From Eutreptiella sp. 'Long Island Sound 2002' (taxonomy: Eukaryota; Protista; Euglenida), in assembly GCA_964036045.1 (NCBI GenBank), contig OZ038379.1, forward strand, positions 7,998,001-8,062,000: 64,000 nucleotides of DNA, given 5' to 3'. The position numbers were made by a program, and so were the translations under genes. Positions within the stretch are counted from its first letter, which is position 1. Each line of letters opens with the position of its first letter. The notes under the pieces are model-generated. The model was given only the letters and a program-made list of their open reading frames with translations, had not been told where the DNA came from and made no database searches. Positions 12,401 to 23,296 of the stretch are shown one piece after another.

Positions 12401-14836
12401 AAGTCGATTGTCATCTTCGGCCGGATTGTTGTACCGCTCGTCTTCGAAGGTAATGTACCTCGGAGGCTGCAAGAAATCGAATCGAAATTTCGATAGGAGG
12501 AAGTACGCAAAGCGAAGCTATCGAAATTTCGATAGAACACACCTTCCATTCTTTGATATGGCGCAATGTCACGACAACGAGCTGGGAAGTTGCCATGGTG
12601 TAATTGCTGGTCAAAATCCCCTTATTGTACAACGCGATGTCCCTGGTATAGAACTCATCATCCGTTGACGCAGCGATGGCGTTCAGAACAACGCGGACGT
12701 CAGGACGATCTCCAACCAAAAGCAGAACGGGCATCAACTCCTCATCAAGAACATAAGACAACATCATTGGACACAGGGGGCGTCCCGCAGCGGTACCCTT
12801 CGGAGTCTGATACACGAGAATCCTCGGTTTCAGCCCCGAGATTGCAGCAGGGGTTGCACCGACAGCTGGCCCGATGCGGACTTCACAGACTGCCTCTCCG
12901 GGTTTGGTTTCACCAAGCGTTACTGTCAGACATTCTGCCGACGTACTTTTGATCACAGGCTTCACCTTCGGTTGACTGAGGGATTCGCGGAGGGTCTTGA
13001 AATCCTCATCAGACCAGATCGGGGCCTTGCTGATGGTCGTCCAAGGCGGCAAAGGATGCTGTGCGGTCCACTTCCAGCACGAGATATGCACCTTGAAATC
13101 CTGGGGTGACAGTGATGAAGTTATTCTCTTCCACTCAGCAAAGTTTTTCCGAGACTCGTGCACGAAGGGGTTGTCCGGATGTTCCAAATGCCAAGAACAA
13201 GTTCGCTGCTCCCGAAGTCTCCGAACGAAGACCTTAAGCAATGGTGGCGTCAGACCACCTTCCAGCAGCCTTTCACAAACCTGTGAAGATATGTCCGATG
13301 ATGACTATGTTGTTTTAAATAAGAATGACGCAAGGAAAGTAACTACCTGCGCAATCTCCGGCGGATACAATCCCTCAAGCGGCTTATTGTTGTTGAACAC
13401 TGGGTTTAACTCGTCCTTCCCCTTAAGCTCGATGAGTTTCGGAATGATCGCTTTGTCCTCAACTTGGGAAACGAAGCTTGCAAGAACCGTCCATCGCTTT
13501 GCAACTTCTTCGTCTGTGCCGTGCACGGCAGTGTATCCGGTCTTGTGCATCATTGATAGCGTTGCGGCCTTTGGGGTAGGTACTCCTGCAGATAGATAAT
13601 AAGGAAAACATTGGTGATGTGATGTAAATCCACGTGGACCCGCTATCGAAATTTCGATAAAGACCTTTGAGGTGACACTCGGTGAAGAGGCGATGAAGTC
13701 GTTGCTCAAACGTATGCTCAGATCCGCCATGGGATGCCCGGTTGTGATGCCCTGCGAGGGTTTGTCGAACCCAAAAGGGTGTGTCCGCTCTCAAAACCAA
13801 CCCGTCGTACATCTTTGTCCAATGAGGCGGTGTCTTGCCTTCTTCTTCGTACTGCCTTCGTACATCCTGGGTCCATTCGAAAGCATGTTGTCCGCCGAGA
13901 CACTTGAATGTAGCGCCTGACGAGGAATCGTACAATCGAAATTTTGATAGAAGGTACGATGTAATCGACTGTAACGCGGCACGGTAATCAATCGAAATTT
14001 CGAACGCAAGGTATACCTGTTGGAAAGAGCAAGTACTCAATGTGTTTGTCCTTCGGTGGTGGAGCAGCAAGGATGTCATCACCAACCAACGCTTTCTTCT
14101 TGGGAGTAACCGTTCTTGTTTGGCCGAAGCTCATGTCGCGGTCCAGTTCGATCTTCGAGTAATGGACAAGTTGTACAAGCAAAACAAAACTCATTCAAAG
14201 GCCATATGACTTCCTGGTGCGCAGCACCTCGACGTCATGAGAGGTGGTCACCTCCATAGAGACTCGTACAGTGACAGTATGGGCGGGCGGGTGGGACCCC
14301 ATCCCCTCCTCCCTTCCTTTGGGTGGGTGGGATGGCCCTGTTATAGTTTATAAAATTTTGAATGTAACAGGGCATCATAATGAACAAAACAAAGTATGGT
14401 GTACAACTACTGTTACTGGGGAAACAGCAGTTGTACAAGCAAAACAAAACTCATTCAAAGGCCATATGACTTCCTGGTGCGCGGTCTTTGTGATTCAGCC
14501 AGCACCAAGCCATACTCCAGCGACCATAAATGGTGTTGTGCGTCCCCACGCGGTCATGACACCTCCAAGCACAGACACCGTGGGAAACGCCGCAGCGAAC
14601 TCGCCACTGCATTCCAGCCAACAAGGCGTCCGGCAAAGAGTACGAGGCCGCGTGGTCGTGGAGAGGCCACCAGAGTTGATACCGACTCTAAAAAACAGGT
14701 ACCGGTAACGAAATGCAACCGTGCCGGGTCAGGTCCCTCAGGGAAGGCAGCCTCTACGGGCAAGAAGATCCCAGGGACCCGCCGAAAAGTGGCAAGAGGC
14801 CACCAGCATCCCGCCCTGCGAAGCGTTCCGCCAACA

Positions 14837-17622
14837 CTAAGAGACAGCCCCCACAGGACATTCTGCAAGTTGGCGGTCCATAGCAGTGCGCCCCTTGGGC
14901 AAATTCGCAACCCACACAGGGCAAGGGAGGGCGGGGAAGGCCTGCAGGGACCGAAACCTGTCCCAAGCTGCCAACCCCGCCGCAGCGAAGTCGCCGCCAA
15001 AACCACCGTCAATACGGGAGAAACAGTCGGCCGGGTTCAACTCGCCTGGGACCCACTCAAGGAAAACTGTCGAATCAGATCTCTGGAGGAGGTAGAAAGC
15101 TCTGCGCAAGTTCCTGTTATGTCTCTTTAAACCGGACCGGGCGCGCATTCCCGCAATCTGGCCGATGGAGGAGGCATTGTCACCGACCAACCTGAAAACA
15201 GGCCAGCCCACATTGACTATGAAACTAAGGCCCCGGACAAGGGAGTCCAACTCTGCCTCCTGCTGCGTCAAAACTTCTTGCCCACAGCGAAAAACCCTGC
15301 CCCCCAGTGCAGGACCCCAGAGACCCACCTTGAAGCGGTCCAAATCGAAGGCAGCGTCGACGAAAACGAGGCCTCTGCCCGCAGAAGAGGGGGAATCGAC
15401 TCGCCTCGGAGTCCAACCACGCCGCGACATGACAAGGCAGTGCAGGAGGCTATGAACCAGTTTCAAGGGGGCTGAGGGCAAAAAGGAAGAGCCCCACATA
15501 ACGTGTGACCACCAACCAGCCAAAAAGGGGCAAGCGCCCACCTGGGGTCTCAGGGCCCACGAAAAACGGCCAATAACCCGTCGAGCGAGTTTCCTGGACA
15601 AAGGCAGCAGCGCAACCCGCAACCATAGACCCAGCAGGACGATCCACTGGTCGGGGACCACAAAAACGCCCTGTCCCGCCCCCGACAGCACCAATCGCTT
15701 ACCCAACCAGACAATGGACGGCACAGGCTCAAGGATGCTCTTGGGGCTGATAATCGCCCCCTCACGTCCCAACAGGTCACAGAGGCGCGCCGCCGCTGAA
15801 CGCACGTTGCCTGCCCCGAATCCCAAAACGAGAAAATCATCAAGATAGTGCAAAACCAAACCCGAGACCAAGTCCAGCCCTTGCAGTAAGTAACCAAGCA
15901 CAGTTTGGCAAATCACTGGAGAGTATTGCCATCCAAAAGGTAGGCAATCGAAGGCGAATGTTTCCCCGTCAATACTTACTCTGAAGGCCTGCTTGAAGGC
16001 ATGGGTAAACGTAACGACCAGAATGCATTCTTAAGATCAACATGGCAGGCCAGCAGGGGGGGGGCCTCAGGAGCCTCCAAACGCAGGTCATCGAGCGCGC
16101 GCAAAAACGGGTCGCACAAATAGCGGCCCACATCTTCAGAAAACGCAAGACACCCCTGGCCCGCCCGCAAGTAATGCAGCTCAATGAGGAAAGCCAAATC
16201 CTCCACGACCGGGAGGGTGAAGGACGGCGGGCGGTTGGCATGCTGTTTATTGAACTGCACTAAATGCACTATCATAGATGCTTTCTCCGAATTTTTGAGA
16301 ACTGGGAACAGCCAGCCATTAGGGGGGAGGTTGGAAGGGCACCGAGTCAAAATGCCATCCCGCACCAAGGCTCTTGCCATCACCAAACCTTCAGGAAAAA
16401 TATTTCGAATGCCCGGTAACGCGCGCGTAGACACCGACAGGACATCATTAGGGGCCACTGCATGCCAAATGAAGTCCGGGATGCGAATGTTACCCACCGC
16501 CCCAATTCCCCTCTCCAGCACGTCCAGGGATAATCCCACCAGGATCGGTTTAGGAGACGTCGATTCACGAAACACCACAGGCCAAAGGTCTGGCTCCAGG
16601 CGGTCCAGCGCTGCAACAGCCGCCTCCAGAAAATCAAAAACCCCCAAATCCCTCGCCACCACATTACCCCTCATCAATAATAATCGGATCCGGGACCTGA
16701 CGAGACCCCTGTCCGCGAGAGGCACCCTTAAGCCTTCGGACACGCGATCCAGCCATTGCTGTCCCCGGCGGGAGTTCAACAGGAGCTCCCAGCCCTCTTC
16801 CTCGACACCGCATGCGAAGAAGTCCAGACCCGCCGCTTCCTCCTCGCACAACGGGGGCGGTGCGCTGGTGGTCCCGGGCCCGTCCCTTGAACTTCGCCGC
16901 GACGGACTGGTGTTGGGGGGGACCGCCGGCTCTGACCGCTGAGCCGGACTCGGGGGCTGGCGCGGTGGTGGAAGAGTCGGGGGCAACGCCCTCTCCTGTC
17001 GGACCTCCAGGAGGGGAGTCTCGGGCCGGGGAGGACGGAACCGTTCGGCGCTCTGTGGTCGACGCGGACTGCGAGGTAGCCACCGACGGACCCGAGGGGG
17101 TCGACTGCCCGGTTCTCCGCGAAGGTTTTCGAGGCGGCGCGGGTCGTGAGGGTCGCTTGGCGGTTGGCGGCTGTACAGCGTCCCCGGAGTCGTCCCCTTC
17201 CACCACGGCCTCGGAACCCCTGTCGCGCTTCGATCCGGTGGCCGGGAGTTTAGCGGGTCTCTCGTCCGGTAAGCAGAGTCCCATGAGCGATGACGGCCAG
17301 AACTCCGCCGTGTCGGTGGTGATCCACTTGACCCCCTGACTCGTTGGCCATGGTAGGCACGAACTCGAGTGGAAGGTGAAGTCCTCCGGCGCCGCTGCAT
17401 AGAAGTGTGCCATGCGCACACTGGCCCAGCGTCCCCACCAGCACAGGTAGCGCCAGGCCACGGAAGCGGAGGAAGGTAGCCCCCGCGCGACGCCACGAGT
17501 GCCAGCGGTAAGCAGCGTAAGGGCTGCCTTGGAGCAGCCTGGCCATACCCTCTTCGAGGACGGCGGCTCTGTCGACCATGACGTCCCGTCCAGGGAACTG
17601 GCGCCGCAACCAGTGGGCCCAC
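14837..17622 (-). pseudogene. pol: Reverse transcriptase-RNase H of the YR retrotransposon (one frameshift near 16000)
   Basis: FPVLKNSEKASMIVHL, VDLKNAFWSL, then (frameshift) AFRVSIDGETFAFDCLPFGWQYSP, HYLDDFL, VWLGK. RNase H motifs: FVDAA, QQEAEL, VGDN, WVPGELNPADCFSR. Confidence 0.93.
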
Positions 17623-18284
17623 TCGCCCACAAAACTGCCGAGGTCACGGGGAACCCAGCGCGAATCCCTTTTGAGGCCCCAGAAAGCCACCGCCTTCCCC
17701 CGCAGGCCGGAGCGCCGGACAGATGCGATTTCCCCCACGCGTGTGAGGCTGCTGAAGGAGAGGACGGCGGCGGCGAAGACAGCCCAGTCCTCCGGAGTCT
17801 AGAAGGCCTCGGCCATGACGTGCAGAACATGGGGGCCTGCGTAAGGGCGGTCTCCCGGGGTAGCCACCGGCGCACGGGCGAGGCGCCAGAGGCGTTCCCA
17901 TCGGAGCGGTGGTATCCACCCCATGACCCACACTGCGTGTAACGCCGACACGGCGCCCCGCAGCGGTGCGGGCCGATATCCCGACCGGAAGGGGAGGAGC
18001 AAAATACTCTCCGCCAGGCTCTGCGTGTCCCCCGCCGGTGCCGACCCATGGAAGAAGGCGATTCGTCGAAGGTGTGAACCACAGGAATTCCGTGTCCCCT
18101 CCTTCCAAGTGCTGATGAGGCATGTCTGGACATCGTCCGCCGGATCCGCATACCCGAGCTCTCGCCACAAGGCCGCGATGGATCTCCAGTCGATGGTTTT
18201 TCCGACCCACTCTGATATCGGTGCCACTGCTACCGCCGAACTCGCCAACTCCAAGACCGGCTCCAGCCCCCCTGGCGCGTCGCG
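16664..18284 (-). pseudogene. Tyrosine recombinase (one TAG, one frameshift)
   Basis: Core-binding-like region (STWKEGTRNS...GYRPAPLRGAVSAL), then TAG at 17801-17799, then LTRVGE (R) and RWHSWRRAGAT (HxxR). After a frameshift near 17460 comes GRWASVRMAHFY (W, catalytic Y) and a low-complexity tail overlapping the RT frame. Confidence 0.9.
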
Positions 18285-19316
18285 TCACTCAAGAAAGGGA
18301 CACCTCCAGACCCAGTGACGGGTCACCTCACCACGAGCCTTGCAAGTCTTGCATGGGCCGACGGGATCCTCAGTCGTGCGTACCCACTCATTCTTGTGAA
18401 TCTCGAAGAATTCCTCACCGTCCATGATCTTGAAACGCCGTCGCATAGCCTTCTTTAGGCGCTTGCCCGCCTCCGACAGGCCCTCCTCCAGCCGAACATC
18501 CGATTCCTTCTGAGACCCAGAGGTAGATGAAGAACCAGTCGTCCCCTCGTACCGCTCTTTATAAGAGGCCGTCGCAGAGAAAACGAGCGTCCACAGCGCT
18601 TGCACCAGGGTGTGAAACCTCTCAGAGACCTGTGCGGAGTCCGGCGTGTCCATACTGTCTGACCCATCTGGGTGTTTACGGTCGGTCCACGGCGTGTCGT
18701 CCATCTTGTCCTCGTCAGTGAGGCCCAGCATGATCTCCTTAGCCGCGGTATCGGACATTTTGGGAATCATAGTGACTGCGGAGGCAGGGACATTCTCGAA
18801 TTTGAGCAGCCGTACCAGGAGGAAGAGAGCACGATTAATCCACTGGGGGTGGTTGGTGGTTGTGTCCGCATCGTGGATGGCCTTCAGCGATAATGCAGGT
18901 ACCTGCAACTGGTCCTTCGGCGGCGCCTCAGTGTTGCTTTGGACCTTGGCGGTAAGGGACTTGATGAGCTGTCCCCGGTCCTCCAGCAATTTAAGGATCG
19001 CAGGGTCCACCTGTCCAGGCGTCGGCACTGTCGGTGCTGCGGAGGAAGACTTCTTGAACGCCCCAGTGGCGAAGTCCAGCGTGACGTCTTCCAGAAGCAT
19101 GTAACCCACCAAGCGGTCAATGAATTCCCGAGAGCCCGTGAACGAGACGGTGGACGCGAAATTCTTAGCCCAGGCCTCCCCCTCGTCAGGCATCCCCCGA
19201 AGTTCCCGCATCAGGACCAGCTTTCGACGCGTCCATGACTTGGTATCCGCCCCAAGTCGAAACTCCCCATGGGCGTCTCCTTGGATGTAATCCGCGAACG
19301 ACAGTGCATCCTCCAT
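18285..19316 (-). CDS. gag: Gag-like ORF of the YR retrotransposon (343 aa, intact)
   Basis: Open from ATG 19316 (MEDALSFADY) to TGA 18285. It ends in a CCHC-type knuckle, CKTCKARGEVTRHWVWRC. Confidence 0.75.
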   Translation of the reverse strand: MEDALSFADYIQGDAHGEFRLGADTKSWTRRKLVLMRELRGMPDEGEAWAKNFASTVSFTGSREFIDRLVGYMLLEDVTLDFATGAFKKSSSAAPTVPTPGQVDPAILKLLEDRGQLIKSLTAKVQSNTEAPPKDQLQVPALSLKAIHDADTTTNHPQWINRALFLLVRLLKFENVPASAVTMIPKMSDTAAKEIMLGLTDEDKMDDTPWTDRKHPDGSDSMDTPDSAQVSERFHTLVQALWTLVFSATASYKERYEGTTGSSSTSGSQKESDVRLEEGLSEAGKRLKKAMRRRFKIMDGEEFFEIHKNEWVRTTEDPVGPCKTCKARGEVTRHWVWRCPFLE

Positions 19317-20292
19317 TTCTATACTGCTGCGCTGCCACCAAATGAACTCAACGAAACCAGAAGGAACAGCTCTCAAAGGAGTGGAAGTAGGTCAGCTGTT
19401 CGGCCTGCGCAGCAAAAGGAACAACACCTTCGTCTGAAGGCCCTGTTATAGTTTATAAAATTCTGAATGTAACAGGGCATCATAATGAACAAAACAAAGT
19501 ATGGTGTACAACTACTGCTACTGGGGAAACAGCAGTTCTCGGGACTCAACCCAATCGTCCATATAGACCCCAGAAGTATCATGCCATTCCTCAACCTCTG
19601 CGGATGTCGCTGCTCTGCCCTGCTCCGCAACGATCTTCTTCTTCTTCTTCTTCGGTGGAGGGGACTGAGAGAAAAGCGCGGCCTCGGAAGTATCCGTTCG
19701 GGGGCTTGCAGTGTCGGTTGACTGCGAATACGTTTGCGATGGAGGCTCATCAGAGTCCCCTGCCGGCTGCGACCGCTTCTTCTTCTTTATCCTCTTCTTG
19801 GGTGACAAATGGGACTCACCGGACATTGGGCAAATGTACTGAGGGTGATTAACGGGGTAAAACCTGTGCGCAAACGAGCTGAGGAACTCGGAAATGGGCG
19901 ATTGGGGCGACAAACGTGCTACTTTGCTGGTGAGACCAAACAGTTCTGTCTCGGTTTTTCAGTACCTCTAAATGTGAAGCGATCAAGCTCGGATTCATCG
20001 GTTACATTCCACTTAGAGTCGTAAATGTGTCGGAAATGCAATCGAAATTTCGATTGAGGCAGTGGTCTATCGAAATTTCGATAGACCGCGGACGAGATAC
20101 CGAGAAACGTTGTCTGATAGACAGTTAGGTTTAGATAGATGACTTCCAAGGAGATCAACTAGATGACTTCGAAGGAGCATTGAACCAAGCAAAGAAAGGG
20201 TGTTGCATGATGCAACGATTCGATCAACTACGTACGCACTGAAATTGCAACACACAACCGTGCAATCGGAATTTCGATAAGCGACTCAAATC

Positions 20293-22373
20293 TCAATGTT
20301 CAGCGGCAAGAAGCCTCGGACCTTCGGCCTCATCAACTATATGTTCGTCGTCCTCATCAGGTTCGCTCTCGCTGGATGGCGGGTCAAAGAGGGCAGGAGG
20401 CGGGCCACGTGGCTCTCTACGGAGGCGTCCCTGGTATCTGTCCGAAGGGGGATGTGCTTCAAGCGACCGTGTTGTTTGTAGTTTTTTCCAAGCTTTCACA
20501 TAGGAAACACGATCAGCAAGAGGTGTTGTAGGAATGTGGGTCATATAGTGATGGATTCCCTGTGTTACATCTCTGTGTTTGCACATTAACTTGAGAGCCC
20601 GAATCATGCACATATCAAGTAGGGGGGAGTCAACAGTTAGGTCAAGTGCAGGAAGGTAACTGGGATCCCATACAGGATCAGGTGTAACTGTCCTGTGTTT
20701 GGACTGGAACCGTGTGAACGGCGTGTTAATATCGGCAGCCCGTTGAACAAATGAACGTATCGTAATAACAAAATGTGTAACCAGATGTGGCTGGACCGAA
20801 GATCTTTCTGCAAGGGGGGAAGGGTGCAGTAGACATCACTTGCGCGAGAAAGATCTGTGACCTGTGGCAGCAGGGTGAGAGCATGTCCCAAACGTGACAA
20901 AAAGGCTTCACAACTTTCCTCAACGAACAGACAATCCGGGACCATGTCATACCACAACTGCCATGTACCGAGTGCAGTGCATAAGGTCCGAACATACTCT
21001 ATCTTGGGAGCATGCTTTTGTGTAAAGGAGACCAGTAAAAGCAGACAATGTTCAAGAACAGTGTGTGCAGTCTTCCCAGAATCCAGAGCGGCCCCGGCCC
21101 AAGTACATTCTCGAACCCCATACCCAATGGCCCAGAGTGCAGGTGTGAAAACATACAACAAACTGTACAGCAACTGAATCTTTTGATATGCCACAGTGTT
21201 TTCAAGATTCATTGGTCGTCTAAGGGTGGACAATCTTTCTCGAGCTTCGGTGATAAGACCTTTCAACAAGTTGCCCGCTAACAAAAGACCGGCTAAAACC
21301 TTTTCCATGTATATGAGCTTCCTGTGACATGGAATGCTAGTCCGCACCGTGATAAACGGTTTGAGGAGCCAAGAAATAATGGGAAAGAAACGCCTGAAAG
21401 TAATGTGTACACAATATTTGTACGGATGCCAAATGCCATAAAGCAGTGGAATGCGTTCCAAATGTGACCGGTAGTCCAGACTTCTCGGCTTCGAACGGTA
21501 CATGAAACGCAACAGCGATGCATGTATTTTTATGTCGACCAGCAAAGGCAGATCCCGGCCCGTATGAATCTGTATGCGACGCACCATCTCAATTAACTGC
21601 AGCAGCTCAGTGTTTGTGCTTGTTCGACACTCGTCCAGCAGCATAGGTTTCCAAATTTGTGGATGCACGATACCCCTGGCGATGCCGAGTGGCGCGCGGA
21701 TGAAATGTGCCTGTAACGTCCCGTCCGTAACAGCTGCAATAGTGTTCAGTAGACCCCTGATGGAGGTCCGAATGCATCTCATGACACCTGGCAGTCTGAA
21801 AACTATGCGGCGCAATGTGAGATGTCCAGGAAATCGTGGCAGCAAGATTGTATGGAGCACGGCTACGGCAGAACAGTCAAGATGTCCCGGCGGTCCATTG
21901 GGGTTCTGCAGGAATCGTTTTCTGAAAAAATTGTCCATCCATATGCCAACAGAGGGTTTGCTCATTGCATTCCAGAGGTCCGTCGCTGCTGCAACACCAG
22001 ATTCCTGCAGAGTCGGTATTCGAGGTGGAACTATGCCAAACCTTGCGAGTAACTTCCGTTCGCGCTGCGAAACAGTAATGTCCAGAGCCGGGCGAAAAGC
22101 TAGGGGTGCCGCACGGAGGTGCAGCACACGCCAGATGTTGAAGAGTTCCTGCTGGAGTACGCTGAGCCATCTCGGCAAGGGTGTGCAGTTTCTGTTGGCA
22201 ACCACCTGCTCAAATGTCTGGCGGCGGCGTTTGGTTATCCTTATTCCAAGGACAAATTCAACAAATCGCCTTGACGTACCGCCTTCGCAAGCATCTTCAA
22301 TAATTTGGCGTCCATTCTCCCAAGAGCGCGAAGCGAGGAATCCTCGCACGTAGGCAATGAAATGGGCATCCAT
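20293..22373 (-). pseudogene. DDE transposase, KDZ (Dileera-like)/RAG1-Transib class; 578-aa ORF plus probable frameshifted C-terminus
   Basis: Motifs in order: IWMD147N, WKPMLLDE, LLVD280IK, YGIWH316, EY460VRTL, FVE485ESCE489A. This is an RNase-H-fold DDE triad with an insertion of about 205 aa between D2 and E. A more protein-like C-terminus continues in other frames to 20293. Confidence 0.7.
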
Positions 22374-23296
22374 CTTTGGCGTACACGAAACTCGTACATG
22401 AAATAGAAGACAACAAATAGTCTAGCATGTAAAATCTTTGAATCTCTGTCAGACTGTCACTATCGAAAATTCGATTGGAGTTTAAACAGCCTATGCTTTA
22501 GCGGCTATCTAAATTTCGATTGGACGTTCCTATCGAAATTTCGATAGGAATTGAATTCCTTTTCAGTCGAATGCTCCTATCGAAATTTCGATTAGAGATG
22601 CTCCTATCGAAATTTCGATTGGTTTTAGAAATAAATCCATTGTGTATGCATCTCCATCGGATAAAACATCCAGTTGTTTTTTATTTCTTTTACCTCTTTT
22701 TTATTTTACCTTTATTTTTCTACTAAGTTGTAATTTAAAATTCATATACTACTGTAGTACAACTATGTTCCGATAAACCTTCTTGAAAAATTTTCATGGT
22801 TTGCTCTCTGAATTTCGTTAAAGACTTGCAATCGAAATTTCGATTGATCCATGCAAGGCAAACTGTCACGTAGTCTGGACAATCGAAATTTCGATAGCAT
22901 CATTGCTTTTTCATTCTAATTTTCACATACGCAGACTATCAGGCGTCGAGTTGGCAAAAAGTTTGATGTAGCTAATCGTGCAACCAAAGTTTCGATACAT
23001 GAGACTTCTTGCCTACATTGTGGACTTCCCTGGGTCTCTTTGCTATTCGAACAACAAACAACATGCAGCAATTCAAATAAAACACACTGAAGCGCATATT
23101 TGCATGCGCGTGGTATCACGGTGGTACACAACTGCTCATGTACTTGCACAACCACTGTCTTTTTGGGACATTTCTTCTTTCTTGGGATTGGCTTCATGTT
23201 CTTTAGCCGATTTTTCACACCGTGTGACACGTCGCTTTTTTGGTCCGCTTTCCGGTGACAGGGGCCCATTTTGGGTGGACACTTGGTTCGTCTAAG

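Larger units (their letters stand above)
14173..19537 (-). mobile_element. Tyrosine-recombinase (DIRS-order) retrotransposon, VIPER/TATE-like gene order, with split direct repeats
   Basis: Minus-strand order is gag, YR, RT/RNase H. Repeat A (99 bp, 2 mismatches) is at 19439-19537 and 14334-14432. Repeat B (54 bp, identical) is at 14429-14482 and 14169-14222, giving A1...B1-A2-spacer-B2. AGTT occurs at both junctions and at the internal A/B junction. Removing the element restores the host ORF (ESREL|VHYSK). Confidence 0.93.
11389..19826 (-). pseudogene. Second (accessory) gene of the TIR transposon, 8 exons, about 800 aa; disrupted by the YR retroelement and a 123-bp insert
   Basis: Exons (minus): 19826-19534 joined to 14168-14017, then 13916-13665, 13585-13347, 13280-12543, 12466-12190, 12115-12008, 11936-11680, 11604-11389. 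All seven introns are GT-AG (66-100 bp) and all phases are consistent. The N-terminus has a basic NLS-like MSGESHLSPKKRIKKKKR, the centre has FKCLGGQHAFEW...LAGHHNR, and the tail is acidic and K/E/A-rich. Confidence 0.85.
11152..22895. repeat. Dispersed palindrome ATCGAAATTTCGAT (about 19 copies, at most 1 mismatch), often extended to 18-24 bp
   Basis: Core starts: 11154, 11203, 11253, 11310, 12481, 12520, 13645, 13935, 13991, 20041, 20069, 20265, 22462, 22507, 22532, 22579, 22606, 22831, 22882. None was seen in the nested retroelement, in exons, or outside the TIRs. Confidence 0.92.
10629..23296 (-). mobile_element. TIR DNA transposon (KDZ/RAG-Transib class), 12.7 kb including a nested retroelement
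   Basis: Left TIR 10629-10652 CTTAGTCGAACCAAGTGTCTACCC; right TIR 23273-23296, whose reverse complement is CTTAGACGAACCAAGTGTCCACCC (22/24 match). CATGT flanks both ends (10624-10628, 23297-23301). It contains a DDE transposase ORF, a second spliced gene and an element-restricted palindrome. Confidence 0.85.

Noticed and set aside
16184-17942. Plus-strand ORFs (16184-16942, 16812-17339, 17499-17942)
   Set aside because: They are antisense shadows of the GC-rich YR/RT coding region.
21574-22353. 259-aa plus-strand ORF
   Set aside because: It is the antisense shadow of the transposase ORF and has no recognisable motifs.
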